From: a candidate division LCP-89 bacterium B3_LCP
GTDB taxonomy: Bacteria > Electryoneota > B3-LCP
NCBI GenBank assembly: GCA_005223185.1
Contig: NJBN01000005.1
Coordinates: 29,091 to 93,090, forward strand
DNA length: 64,000 nucleotides
Direction of reading: 5' to 3'
Shown: positions 35,963 through 45,510 of the stretch, piece by piece
Layout: the number at the start of each line of letters is the position of its first letter
Position numbering within the stretch: the first letter of the stretch is position 1
Translations under genes and position numbers: made by a program
Notes under the pieces: model-generated
The model's input: the letters and a program-made list of their open reading frames with translations, nothing else
Databases searched by the model: none
Told to the model about the DNA's origin: nothing

Positions 35963-36889
35963 TTACAGGAAATCTGCCAATGATGGCTGAATAACCATAC
36001 TACCCACATTCAAAGCAACCTGATAGGCGTTCTGCTCCAGGGTCATATCGGTCATCAGTTCGACTAAGTCGGCATCTTCCTTTTCCGAAAGCTGACCAGT
36101 CAGAGCTGTCTCCTTGAATAAAAGGCTGCTTTGCAGGTTAGTCAGTCTGGTTACTCTGGATCCAGCTAAAGATGCAAACGCTGAAGTAGTGTCCATAACG
36201 GTGTCAATCTGGGTGATGGTCTCACCCACAAGATCTACATCACCGGCTTGTAATGCGTTTCGCAAATTTATCAGAACCTGAAACATATCTTCACTGCCAC
36301 CAGATCCGTCTGGCTGGAAAAGTTCTGCACCGGCAATGTTGATCTGAATGCTTTCGCTCGAGCCTACCTGCCGCATGACCGAACCGGTCGTTCCATCCGG
36401 ATTAGCAATTATGGCGGTAATCTGATCGGTTACTGGATCCCGAGTAGCTATAAACGGGGAGGTATTAGTGTTGGTACCGCCGAACATATATTTTCCCGAA
36501 TACTGGTCATTGGCAAGGGCAAATATATTCTCCAGATAGCTATCAACTTCGTTTGCAAGATCAGCCATAGCTTCCGCTCCCAAAGCGCTGTTGCTGCCCT
36601 CGACAGCGTCAGCACGAGCCTGAGTTAAGATATCATTGAGCTGTTGAATTACCGATTCAGTACTCCCCAGCCAGTTCACCCCGCTCTGAACGTTCTCCTG
36701 GAACTGTGAATTCTGGCTTAGATGCGAACGCAACTCTAAAATCAAGCCAGCAGCCGCAGGATCATCCGAAGCGTAGAAAACTTGCTTCCCTGACGATAAC
36801 TGCTGCTGAAGATCATTCAAAGATCTCATCCGTTCATTCAGAGTACGGATCAGATCGTTTACCATCATGTTATTGGTTATTCGCTGCAT
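35963..36889 (-). CDS. flgL: Hook-filament junction protein FlgL
   Basis: MQRITNNMM, QQQLSSGKQVFYASDDPAAA, GKYMFGG, EDADLVELMTD. Confidence 0.95.
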   Translation of the reverse strand: MQRITNNMMVNDLIRTLNERMRSLNDLQQQLSSGKQVFYASDDPAAAGLILELRSHLSQNSQFQENVQSGVNWLGSTESVIQQLNDILTQARADAVEGSNSALGAEAMADLANEVDSYLENIFALANDQYSGKYMFGGTNTNTSPFIATRDPVTDQITAIIANPDGTTGSVMRQVGSSESIQINIAGAELFQPDGSGGSEDMFQVLINLRNALQAGDVDLVGETITQIDTVMDTTSAFASLAGSRVTRLTNLQSSLLFKETALTGQLSEKEDADLVELMTDMTLEQNAYQVALNVGSMVIQPSLADFL

Positions 36890-36922
36890 AATTTCACCTG
36901 GTATATGCTATTATCGGAATCC

Positions 36923-37309
36923 TCATCCGGCTAAACTCTGAACCATGCCCTGTAATTCGTTCATGTTAAACGGTTTCGGCAGCAAGAAGTCCACGATTCT
37001 ATCACTGAGCATACGATGAACGTCATCATTGGCGTATGAGGTCATCAGCGCCAGGGGTAGTTCAGGGAATTTCTGCCGCACTCTTTTCACCAGTGCAAGA
37101 CCGTCCATGCCCTCCATTTTGACGTCGGAAATCAGCAGATCAACGGAACTCTCATCGATCAAATTCAAGGCGGCTTCACCGCTGCTGACGCCGTGCACTT
37201 CATAACCTAGATCAGCTATCATCTCAGCGATTATTTCGCGGACGTCACGTTCGTCGTCCACGACCAGCACTTTTTTGGGCTTAAGTCTTACGGCTGCTAA
37301 AGCTTCCAT
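36923..37309 (-). CDS. Single-domain response regulator (receiver only)
   Basis: VLVVDDE, LLISDVKM (phospho-Asp), LMTSY, PKPF; no output domain. Confidence 0.9.
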   Translation of the reverse strand: MEALAAVRLKPKKVLVVDDERDVREIIAEMIADLGYEVHGVSSGEAALNLIDESSVDLLISDVKMEGMDGLALVKRVRQKFPELPLALMTSYANDDVHRMLSDRIVDFLLPKPFNMNELQGMVQSLAG

Positions 37310-37357
37310 TTCCCCTCCGGTTTCTCCTTACCCAACCGCCCCATCAGGTAATCCATT

Positions 37358-38740
37358 TTATCCTATATTGATCAGGACCCCCAGCATCTCATCGACTGTA
37401 TTTAAAAACTTCGCCATAGCGGTATATACTTGCTGATAACGCACTAAATTAGCCATCTCTTCATCAAGGGAGACTCCTTCAGCAGAAGTCTGCCAATTTT
37501 CTAATTGCTGCATGCTGACATCGCTCTCCATCAATTCCATTTCGGCAGTCTGTTTCAGCGCGCCGACGTCGGTAGCCAGCGACGCGTAAAATCCCCCTAA
37601 CGTTGCAGTGTTCTGGTTCATGACCAGTTCATTCTGGAGATCGTATATCTGATTGGCTATATCACTATTGCCTACGCTGCCATCGGCTGAAACGGCGATC
37701 TTGGCAACGTCCTGTGATACTTCCAGAGACAGCGCTATATCCGCGGCGCCTGTGGTATCCGGATTGAAGAAGTTATTGCCCGTCGAGCCATCCAAGCCGT
37801 ATCCCGTGGAATGCAAGGCGTTAAGTTGTGAACTTAATGCTACTGCGAATTGATCGAGACCTGACATCAATTCGGGGATAACCTCATCTCTGACAAACAG
37901 CAGGGCAGCCGCTTCACCTGATTGCAGGTTAACTGAATTACCGCTGCCTGCCCAAACGACGTCGTGCACTTTAGCAAGTGAGTCTGTTCGCTCTTTTAAA
38001 GATAACTGCTGGGCGGAATCCTTGTAAACCAGTATCTGCCCTCCCAGCCAAATGCTGGTACTGCCGTTGGATTCATCCTGCATCTCTATATTGGCAATCT
38101 TTGCAAGTCCATCTATCAAGAGGTCTCGCTGATCCATGAGATCGTTGGGCGAAAATCCCTGGGAAACCTGCTGAGCAATGGTGTCGTTTAAGGAGGCGAT
38201 CTGCGCGGCTTTCATATTAATTTCGTTCACGTACCCGGACAGTTGCTGATCCAGCTCTTTCTGCTGAGTGATTAAATCTGAATACAAGTTGTTCAGATTT
38301 TGGGCAACCTGTTCCCCCTTCTGCTGAAGAGCCACCCGGACGGCTGTGTTTTCAGGTTCGTTAGCGACGTCTGACCAGCAAGACCAAAATTCATCCAGGA
38401 CGCCACTCAAACCATAACCAGAAGTCTCGCCCAATATCGTTTCGACCTGTGACAGGGCGGTATTCTCAAATTCCAGGAAGCCCTGGTTTTGTCTCTCATC
38501 TAAAACCTGTCGATCCAGATAACGATTGCGTAACCGGGTGATTTCACCCACATCCGAACCCATACCGATCAGACCACCGGGGATTTCCAGAGGTTCTTTA
38601 AAGGCTTCAAGAACAGCTCTCTGGCGTGTAAAACCGGGCGTGTTCACATTCGACATATTGTGTGAAGCCGTGGTCAGCGCCCATTGCTGCGCCATCAAGG
38701 ATCGTTTTGCCAGATTTACTGCATCGAATAAACCCGCCAT
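37358..38740 (-). CDS. flgK: Hook-associated protein FlgK
   Basis: HNMSNVNTPGFTRQR, NDLMDQRDLLID, GVSLDEEMANLVRYQQ. Confidence 0.95.
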   Translation of the reverse strand: MAGLFDAVNLAKRSLMAQQWALTTASHNMSNVNTPGFTRQRAVLEAFKEPLEIPGGLIGMGSDVGEITRLRNRYLDRQVLDERQNQGFLEFENTALSQVETILGETSGYGLSGVLDEFWSCWSDVANEPENTAVRVALQQKGEQVAQNLNNLYSDLITQQKELDQQLSGYVNEINMKAAQIASLNDTIAQQVSQGFSPNDLMDQRDLLIDGLAKIANIEMQDESNGSTSIWLGGQILVYKDSAQQLSLKERTDSLAKVHDVVWAGSGNSVNLQSGEAAALLFVRDEVIPELMSGLDQFAVALSSQLNALHSTGYGLDGSTGNNFFNPDTTGAADIALSLEVSQDVAKIAVSADGSVGNSDIANQIYDLQNELVMNQNTATLGGFYASLATDVGALKQTAEMELMESDVSMQQLENWQTSAEGVSLDEEMANLVRYQQVYTAMAKFLNTVDEMLGVLINIG

Positions 38741-38779
38741 CTTTGCACCCTAAAGGTTAAGCGTTTAGTTTCTCTACCG

Positions 38780-39280
38780 TTATAACACTTTGTTGACAAT
38801 CACATTAGTGCCGGTCTGCCGCGTCGTGTTGCCGTTAGGATCGTACAGACTGGTGAAATCGGAAGAATCAATCATCCAATCTATGCTCTTCTGAATGAAA
38901 TTAAGGCTTCGTTTAATCAGCATTTCATTCACACGGTTGGCTCGGTGAATCTTTTCAACGAGCTTGGAAAGATTGTTCTTCATGGTCTGTAACTCTTCGG
39001 ATACATCGCCCAAGGTAACTTCAATCAGGTGAGTAAGCGTGATTTCATCATCGCGAAGACCTTCAGTAGAGGCGAATTCCCTGACTTTGTCGATGCGCTT
39101 GTTTTCCAATTTCTTGATTTCGTTTACCAGTTCATCCTGCCGTTGGGTAGTACTCTGAAACTGTTCAATTTCGTCAGCTAAGAGATACTGTTTTTGCAGA
39201 TTCAGCAAGTTTAAGAAAGCGCTTAACACTTTCTCCTCTTCCTTGATCAGGTCAATCAGTTCCTGGATGAATCTATCCAT
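38780..39280 (-). CDS. flgN: Flagellar export chaperone FlgN
   Basis: Helical; NRVNEMLIKRSLNFI; directly upstream of flgK. Confidence 0.85.
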   Translation of the reverse strand: MDRFIQELIDLIKEEEKVLSAFLNLLNLQKQYLLADEIEQFQSTTQRQDELVNEIKKLENKRIDKVREFASTEGLRDDEITLTHLIEVTLGDVSEELQTMKNNLSKLVEKIHRANRVNEMLIKRSLNFIQKSIDWMIDSSDFTSLYDPNGNTTRQTGTNVIVNKVL

Positions 39281-39307
39281 TATTGCCTCCAGATATTAGG
39301 CTGATTT

Positions 39308-39709
39308 TTATTTAGGGGTATTATCCGTCTCTTCAGTTTGATGGTTTCCATCTTCCCGGCTTTCGTTCAGGTTAGGAAACCCCGATGAATTGGGTGGATT
39401 CTGGTCTTCAGTCAATTGCCCAAAGAGCACCTCAGCCAACCCCAGACCACCGGCCTGAGACAGGCTGCGCGCCATAGCTTCTATGGTGATATCACCGTAC
39501 ATTTTCGAGGTACCGTTACCTTCTCCCCCCAATGAACGTTCCAGGTGTGATTCCTTCAACAACTGGCGAAGGAAGATCTCTTCAAACTTCTTACAAGCTT
39601 CTTCTAATTCCTGATTTCCTTTGGGCGCTTTTGGGCTGGTGGCAGTGCTATCACTCGCCTTTATATCACCAATAACGTCCACTGTGTCTATGTCTATCGA
39701 ATTCGGCAT
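39308..39709 (-). CDS. flgJ: FlgJ, rod-binding domain only (no muramidase domain)
   Basis: LEEACKKFEEIFLRQLLK...GGLGLAEVL; 133 aa; follows flgI. Confidence 0.85.
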   Translation of the reverse strand: MPNSIDIDTVDVIGDIKASDSTATSPKAPKGNQELEEACKKFEEIFLRQLLKESHLERSLGGEGNGTSKMYGDITIEAMARSLSQAGGLGLAEVLFGQLTEDQNPPNSSGFPNLNESREDGNHQTEETDNTPK

Positions 39710-39727
39710 TGTTACCCGAATTTAGAT

Positions 39728-40849
39728 TTATAATATTACCAATTCAGCCTGCAAAGCACCGGCTTCTTTCAAAGCCTGAAATATGGCTATCAAATCGGTT
39801 GGGGATACGCCCAGACTGTTTAATGCCGAAGATATTTCACCAACCGTAGTCCCTTCAGGAACGGCGACCAGGGGAGTAGCAGTTTCGTTTACCACGATCT
39901 GGTCTAGCGGGACTGCTACGGTTCTCCCGGATGAGAACGGTCCAGGCTGCGATATCACCGGTGCGGATTTGATGGCAATCGAAATTGATCCGTGCGTTAT
40001 AGCCGCAGGTTTCAGCTTGACGTTTTCACCGACCACTACTGTGCCAGTACGTTCGTTGATGACTACTTTCGCCGGAGTATCCACGTTCAGAGTCAGTGCT
40101 TCTGCCAGAGCAATGAATTCAACTCTGCGGTTTCCATCGAACTCACCCGGCGGCGTAATAGCGATGGTAGTGGCGTTCATGGCATAGGCAGATTCAGATC
40201 CAAATTGGGCGTTTAGGGCTTCCGCCACACGTTGTGCGGTTGTGAAATCCGGCTGATTCAAGTTAAAATGCAGGGTGTTAGAATCGAAATTCAGGGAATC
40301 TGCGCTTCTGACTGCGACGCCGCCATTGGGTACTCGGCCCACCATGGTGTAGTTTTTTCGCATGGCTACGCGTCCGGCTTGAATATTGAATCCTCCCACA
40401 GAAACCGGTCCCTGTCCATTCGCCCAGACATCGCCACCCATATCGGACAGAGGCGTCGGTAGCAGGGTTCCTCCCGCAAGGCTGGTGGCATCGCCGATAG
40501 AGCTGACCAGAACGTCGAACCGGGATCCAGGTCGTACGTAAGGAGACATTTCGGCGGTTACCATCACCGCAGCCACGTTGCGGGGGCGAATGTCATTGGG
40601 ATCGATGGTGATCCCAAAACGATCAAGCATATTAGCTAAAGACTGATCGGTGTAGGGCGTGCGGTAACGGTCTCCAGTTCCGTTTAGACCAATTACCAAT
40701 CCGTAACCTACAATCGAGTTAGCTCCCGATCCTTCCAAACGGGCAATATCCTTCAAACGCACTTCACTGCAAGCAATGCTGACAAACAGTGCAGGTATCA
40801 GTACCGTTAAGAAATACTTATGGTGCCTGATCTCATTTATCATATTCAT
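39728..40849 (-). CDS. flgI: Flagellar P-ring protein
   Basis: RLKDIA, GYGLVIGLNGTGD, NVAAVMVTA, SLAGGTLL, VVINERTGTVV, LKEAGALQAEL. Confidence 0.97.
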   Translation of the reverse strand: MNMINEIRHHKYFLTVLIPALFVSIACSEVRLKDIARLEGSGANSIVGYGLVIGLNGTGDRYRTPYTDQSLANMLDRFGITIDPNDIRPRNVAAVMVTAEMSPYVRPGSRFDVLVSSIGDATSLAGGTLLPTPLSDMGGDVWANGQGPVSVGGFNIQAGRVAMRKNYTMVGRVPNGGVAVRSADSLNFDSNTLHFNLNQPDFTTAQRVAEALNAQFGSESAYAMNATTIAITPPGEFDGNRRVEFIALAEALTLNVDTPAKVVINERTGTVVVGENVKLKPAAITHGSISIAIKSAPVISQPGPFSSGRTVAVPLDQIVVNETATPLVAVPEGTTVGEISSALNSLGVSPTDLIAIFQALKEAGALQAELVIL

Positions 40850-40855
40850 CTCGTG

Positions 40856-41467
40856 TTAAAATATCATGTTGATTATCTTGGTGAAGAATCCCGGTTTCTG
40901 AGCAGAATTGACGTCACCTTTGCCGGTGTAGGTGATCTCAGCATCGGCTATCTTATAGGAAAACACCTCGTTCTGCCCGGAAATGTCTTCGGGGCGGACC
41001 ACTCCGCGCAGTTTGGTTATCTGCTTTTCGCCATTAACTGTAACGGCTCTCTCACCTTCGATGACCAGATTACCAGTCTCGGTTATTTCCACAATGCGAG
41101 CGCTCAGTGTACCCTCCAGGGCAGCAGACCTTGAAGTTCCTCCTGTACCGTCATAATCGTGTCCCCATTTGCCATCGACGCCCATATTGGTATCTGACAA
41201 ATCCCCGGAACCGACTGCGGAAAGTCCCAGTTCGTTGCTGTTGCTGGTTTCCGTGCCAGCTTCATGCTGCCCCATGGAGTATTCCATAATCAGAATGGTG
41301 ACGACGTCTCCAACCTGGTAAGCGCGTCTGTCAGAGAAGAGTGAACGGGCGATGTTATCGGAGAATTTCTTCCCCCCAGCGTCTCCGATGGTCGTAACGG
41401 CAATCAGTAACATCACCATTAACAAACCTGAGTGGACGAATCTTCCTGTTCTCATCATAAGCCTCAT
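40856..41467 (-). CDS. flgH: Flagellar L-ring protein
   Basis: SLFSDRRAYQVGDVVTILI, GNLVIEG, GVVRPEDI, KIADAEITYTG. Confidence 0.93.
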   Translation of the reverse strand: MRLMMRTGRFVHSGLLMVMLLIAVTTIGDAGGKKFSDNIARSLFSDRRAYQVGDVVTILIMEYSMGQHEAGTETSNSNELGLSAVGSGDLSDTNMGVDGKWGHDYDGTGGTSRSAALEGTLSARIVEITETGNLVIEGERAVTVNGEKQITKLRGVVRPEDISGQNEVFSYKIADAEITYTGKGDVNSAQKPGFFTKIINMIF

Positions 41468-41533
41468 TTGTGTTTAGCATCATCCGGGCGAAACTCAAGC
41501 CCCGACCCCCACCCGGAAGTAATCCATCTTCAA

Positions 41534-42487
41534 CTATTGCAGTGTCACATGGTCAGTGTCCACCACCACCGCCCGTAATCTCTTCTGATTACTTTCCAAA
41601 CGTACCCAGATTTCATCACCAGCTGAACCTGATTCCAAAGCTCTGGCTGCTGCTTTTATCTTAAAACTTCCTGATTTAACTACGATCTCCACCCCATCAC
41701 CTTTGCGTATGTCCGGCGGCAGGCAGACCTGATCCCACCGTATGGGCGAACCGGGTGATAGATGCCTTGAAGCCTCTAAACCGATCAGGTTGTGCGGAGA
41801 TAAAGCCAGTGCGGAGATACTACCGGATTCGAATGCAACTGTTCTAATTTCAATATTATCCGCGGCTATCTTGGATCCGCGCTTGATGAGTTCTAAAGGG
41901 TGAGCAACCTGTGCCAATACCTTCACGCGTACATTCTGATGATGTCTGATTCTTTTGCCACTGCCATCGATGCAATCCAAAGAGATAACCTGCTGTCCGG
42001 GTGAAGGCGTTTCGTTATTCAAAATCCTGCCTGATACAGGTGGTTCACATGATGAAAATATCTGAGCATCCTTCTGAACTGGTTTAATGGATATTTGCAA
42101 TGAATCGCCGCTAAGTGATGAAAAATAACGTTCGATCAGTCCACAGATTTCTGAAGCAGGTAATCCGTCATTCCAGACAGCTATTTGAACCGTTAAAGCA
42201 CCGGTAATATTGATTGTCTCATTTGACTTAAGGGCGCCTTTCAAATCGGTTCTGTTTACAGTAACTGTTTGGTCCTCATTTATATTGACAGGAATTGACA
42301 TATCGCGCAGACGATCTGCATCCTCGGACTTGCCTTCGATGAAAGCGAAATTACCTAAGCGGATTTCGCCATCTTCCACGATGGCGAAATCAGGCAGTGT
42401 GATGGTTACCTGCGCCTGAGATATCCAGGGTGAGGCAATCAGAACCACCAGTAGAATCAACGATGTCATGTAGAGGTTAGCCTTCAC
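41534..42487 (-). CDS. flgA: P-ring assembly chaperone FlgA
   Basis: C-terminal SAF/FlgA domain: IKRGSKI, IRKGDGVEI, ARALESGSAGDEIWV; lies between flgG and flgH. Confidence 0.88.
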   Translation of the reverse strand: MKANLYMTSLILLVVLIASPWISQAQVTITLPDFAIVEDGEIRLGNFAFIEGKSEDADRLRDMSIPVNINEDQTVTVNRTDLKGALKSNETINITGALTVQIAVWNDGLPASEICGLIERYFSSLSGDSLQISIKPVQKDAQIFSSCEPPVSGRILNNETPSPGQQVISLDCIDGSGKRIRHHQNVRVKVLAQVAHPLELIKRGSKIAADNIEIRTVAFESGSISALALSPHNLIGLEASRHLSPGSPIRWDQVCLPPDIRKGDGVEIVVKSGSFKIKAAARALESGSAGDEIWVRLESNQKRLRAVVVDTDHVTLQ

Positions 42488-42495
42488 ATTCTGCC

Positions 42496-43284
42496 CTATC
42501 GCTTGAGGTTGGCAGCGTGTTGAAGCATTTGATCTGCCGTTTTGATGCTCTTGGAGTTGATTTCATAAGCTCGTTGAGTTGTGATCATTTCAACCATCTC
42601 CTCCACCACAGAGACGTTGGATGCTTCCAGATAGCCCTGTTCAATCGAACCGAATCCATCGAGGCTGGCTTCCCCACGAATGGGGGGACCGGACGCGATG
42701 GTTTCCGCAAATAGATTCTGACCTAAACTGGTCATTCCCGCCGGATTGATAAACCGCGCCAGTTCCAGTTGTCCGATCTCTTCTGGAAGGGTTTTCCCAG
42801 CAACGTACGCCATAACGATCCCTTCTCTGTTGATAGCTATCTGCTGAGTATCGTCAGGCAGGTTGATATCGGGTTCTACATAATAACCGTTTGCTGTAAC
42901 TATAACTCCATCAGCATTGATCTTCATCTGTCCGTCACGTGTATAGGCTATCTGTCCGTCAGGCATTTGAACCTGGAAGAAGCCGTCACCGCTAATGGCA
43001 AGATCTAACGGATTGCCGGTTCCCGTCAAAGTACCCTGCGCGTAACTGCGCGTATTAGCGACCGGTCTGACTCCGTGTCCCACAGCCAGTTCGACAGGTT
43101 CGATCACATTGGATTGCAGAGATGCACTGGCAGGCCGAATAACCTGGTACATCAAATCCTGAAACTGAACGTCCGATTTCTTAAAGCCCGTGGTATTGAC
43201 ATTAGCCAGATTGTTGGCGATATTATCCAGTCTCAACTGCTGAGCAAACATGCCCGAAGCCGCTGATCGTAACGATCTGATCAT
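42496..43284 (-). CDS. flgG: Flagellar distal rod protein FlgG
   Basis: MIRSLRSAASGM, IANNLANVNTTGFKK, YTRDG, YLEASNVSVVEEMVEMITTQRAYEINSK. Confidence 0.97.
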   Translation of the reverse strand: MIRSLRSAASGMFAQQLRLDNIANNLANVNTTGFKKSDVQFQDLMYQVIRPASASLQSNVIEPVELAVGHGVRPVANTRSYAQGTLTGTGNPLDLAISGDGFFQVQMPDGQIAYTRDGQMKINADGVIVTANGYYVEPDINLPDDTQQIAINREGIVMAYVAGKTLPEEIGQLELARFINPAGMTSLGQNLFAETIASGPPIRGEASLDGFGSIEQGYLEASNVSVVEEMVEMITTQRAYEINSKSIKTADQMLQHAANLKR

Positions 43285-43301
43285 GATATCTTCCCCTTAG
43301 G

Positions 43302-44048
43302 TTATCTCACTCTGCCAACGTCATTCACCGCCTTGCTTAATGTCTGATCCTGAGTGTGGATGGCTTTGGCGGAAGCTTCATACATCCTGTTCAATTCTAT
43401 CATTTCAACCATTCCGGAAACAACGTCCACAGTTGATTCCTCTAAGTATCCAACCCTGATTACCGGTTCATCCAGGGCAACAGGTTCTTGATCGGTAACC
43501 AAAAGCCCATCTCTGGTAGGCGTCAACTGTGATGGGTCATTGAACGCTACAACCATGAGACTATCTAAAATCTGCTCTCTTTTCGAACCATTATCATACA
43601 AAACCAGCTCACCTTCTGGTGAGATGCGCAGATCTCCATCCTGCAATTGCAGCGTTCCACCTGCTGTCAGTACCGGATATCCGGTCAGTGTAACCAATTC
43701 TCCTTCGCCGTTTAGTGCGAACCTGCCGTCTCTTGAGTAAGCTAAACCATTACCCGTATCCACAGCGAAAAAACCATCTCCTACGATAGCGACGTCTAAG
43801 GGATTGTCAGTTCTCTTTAAGGACCCCTGCTGGTTCATCATCTGACCACCGCGCTGAGCCTGAACGAATTTCTCTCCTGAAAGAAACGGATAAGGCGGAA
43901 AGGACGAATTGTTCAGCGCCTGGCGGAAGGAGATTTTTTCTTTCTTATATCCAATCGTTGAGGCATTAGCCAAATTGTTCGACACCGTTTCCAAATGCCG
44001 TTGACCAGCTAGCATGCCTTCCGCTGAATGATATATCCCTTTAATCAT
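43302..44048 (-). CDS. flgF: Flagellar proximal rod protein FlgF
   Basis: MIKGIYHSAEGM, SNNLANASTIGYKK, NPLDVAIVGDGFF, YSRDG. Start set at ATG 44048, downstream of the sigma54 promoter. Confidence 0.9.
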   Translation of the reverse strand: MIKGIYHSAEGMLAGQRHLETVSNNLANASTIGYKKEKISFRQALNNSSFPPYPFLSGEKFVQAQRGGQMMNQQGSLKRTDNPLDVAIVGDGFFAVDTGNGLAYSRDGRFALNGEGELVTLTGYPVLTAGGTLQLQDGDLRISPEGELVLYDNGSKREQILDSLMVVAFNDPSQLTPTRDGLLVTDQEPVALDEPVIRVGYLEESTVDVVSGMVEMIELNRMYEASAKAIHTQDQTLSKAVNDVGRVR

Positions 44049-44083
44049 GGTATCACTTTCCTTATTATCCTGCTTCAACTAAA

Positions 44084-44099
44084 AGCAAGGAGCGTGCCA
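44084..44099 (-). promoter_or_regulatory. Sigma54 (-24/-12) promoter of the flgF operon
   Basis: Minus strand TGGCACGCTCCTTGCT, a perfect match to TGGCAC-N5-TTGCW. Confidence 0.9.
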
Positions 44100-44234
44100 T
44101 GGGCAAAAGCTCCTGATAAACATATACATAGACTGAGATGAAGCCGATTTTGACAGGGTAAGGGATTCCCAGCAGGGATCAAAGGGGGTATTTTTTTCCT
44201 GAAAAGTGAGGTGAAATTTTAATCGAAAGCGGGG

Positions 44235-45095
44235 TTAGTTTTTCGCTTTAGGGGGTAGTTTTCCGGTCTGCAGGAGGGCGTTTACCGGAAGAGAGATCAA
44301 TTCCCAGATGAGATTGAGGCAGAACAGGGGCCAGGTAACAGGTGGTGTATGCTTTCGAACCAACCGGAAAAGACTACGATAGCGTTGAAGCCATTTCCGG
44401 GGATGATAAGCACCGCCACTGGAACGAGAGAGCTTGTGATATATTCGAGACCTGGGTTCATAGACAAGCTTGAACCCAGTCTTCGCCGTGCGCAGACAGT
44501 AGTCAGCGTCTTCGCTGTAGAGGTAGAACCCTTCGTCCAGAAGACCCACTTTGAAGATGACATTCTTACTGATCAATATGCAACAACCGGTGAGAAAGCT
44601 TACCCAGCGCGGTTCATCGAAACTGCCATCATCAGGCTGGCGCAGACCGAAGTGGCGCACGTAACCCCAGGCTGGCTTAATAATGCCACCGGCGAACCAG
44701 ATGACGTCGGGACGGTCATGGTAGAGTATCTTCGGTCCTACGATGCCGATGGATGAGTCAGCCGCAGCAGCGACGAGGTGGCTTAGAAAATCGGGTTCTA
44801 CGGTCGTATCGTTGTTGAGTAGGAGGTAGAAATCGTCATCATCAGCGCTGATGGCATTCAACCCTAAATTATTGCCGCCGGCAAAACGGAGGTTCTCTCC
44901 GGCTTCTATGATCTTAACTTCAGGATGCTCATCACGAACGGCTTCAATAGAACCGTCATCAGAGCCATTGTCAACCAGGACTATTCTATAGTTGCCATAG
45001 TTGATACTTGATAATGATTCTAAACATTCCAGGGTGTCATCGCGCCGGTTCCAGTTGACGATGATTATGGCTACTTTGGGAGATTTTTCAGTCAA
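44235..45095 (-). CDS. GT2-family glycosyltransferase (WbbL/rhamnosyltransferase-like)
   Basis: IIIVNWN, VDNGSDDGS, FAGGNNLG, LLLNND, LDEGFYLYSEDADYC. Confidence 0.88.
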   Translation of the reverse strand: MTEKSPKVAIIIVNWNRRDDTLECLESLSSINYGNYRIVLVDNGSDDGSIEAVRDEHPEVKIIEAGENLRFAGGNNLGLNAISADDDDFYLLLNNDTTVEPDFLSHLVAAAADSSIGIVGPKILYHDRPDVIWFAGGIIKPAWGYVRHFGLRQPDDGSFDEPRWVSFLTGCCILISKNVIFKVGLLDEGFYLYSEDADYCLRTAKTGFKLVYEPRSRIYHKLSRSSGGAYHPRKWLQRYRSLFRLVRKHTPPVTWPLFCLNLIWELISLPVNALLQTGKLPPKAKN

Positions 45096-45128
45096 ATTAT
45101 TGCCAATAAATATTGTTATGCCTACCTG

Positions 45129-45509
45129 TTAATCATCCCACCCATCGGGAGGCCAGAAGGCATTTTCGAAGTGTTCCACTACCGTTTCTCCACGAACCAA
45201 TTTCACGGAGATAATGTCAAACCTGCATGAATCGAAAGAAGGTCTGTTTTCCACCAGAAAGCTTTGTGCACACTTAGCGATCTTTATCTGTTTTTTGTGA
45301 CCAACGCGGATTTCAGGATGTGATTCACCGCTAAAACGGCTGCTCTTTACTTCGCAGAAAACCAGGACGTCATCCTTCTGAGCTATAATATCTATCTCAG
45401 CAAAGCGTATGCGATAGTTGCGTACAATGATGCGATAACCTTTATTTTGAAGGTACTGTGCAGCTTGACCTTCTGCCTCGTTACCAATGTCTCTGGTCGA
45501 TGGATTCAA
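45129..45509 (-). CDS. yraN: YraN/UPF0102 family protein
   Basis: GNEAEGQAAQYL, NYR...EIDIIA, FCEVK, CRFDII. Confidence 0.9.
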   Translation of the reverse strand: MNPSTRDIGNEAEGQAAQYLQNKGYRIIVRNYRIRFAEIDIIAQKDDVLVFCEVKSSRFSGESHPEIRVGHKKQIKIAKCAQSFLVENRPSFDSCRFDIISVKLVRGETVVEHFENAFWPPDGWDD

Positions 45510-45510
45510 G

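Noticed and set aside
36911-36918. TCCGATAA, a sigma28-like -10 box upstream of flgL
   Set aside because: No TAAA/TCAAG -35 element at the spacing seen for fliC, so not called.
41468-41533. G-rich imperfect hairpin between flgA and flgH (TCCGGGTG...CGCCCGGA)
   Set aside because: Many G-U pairs, no U-tract and no promoter match; too weak to assign.
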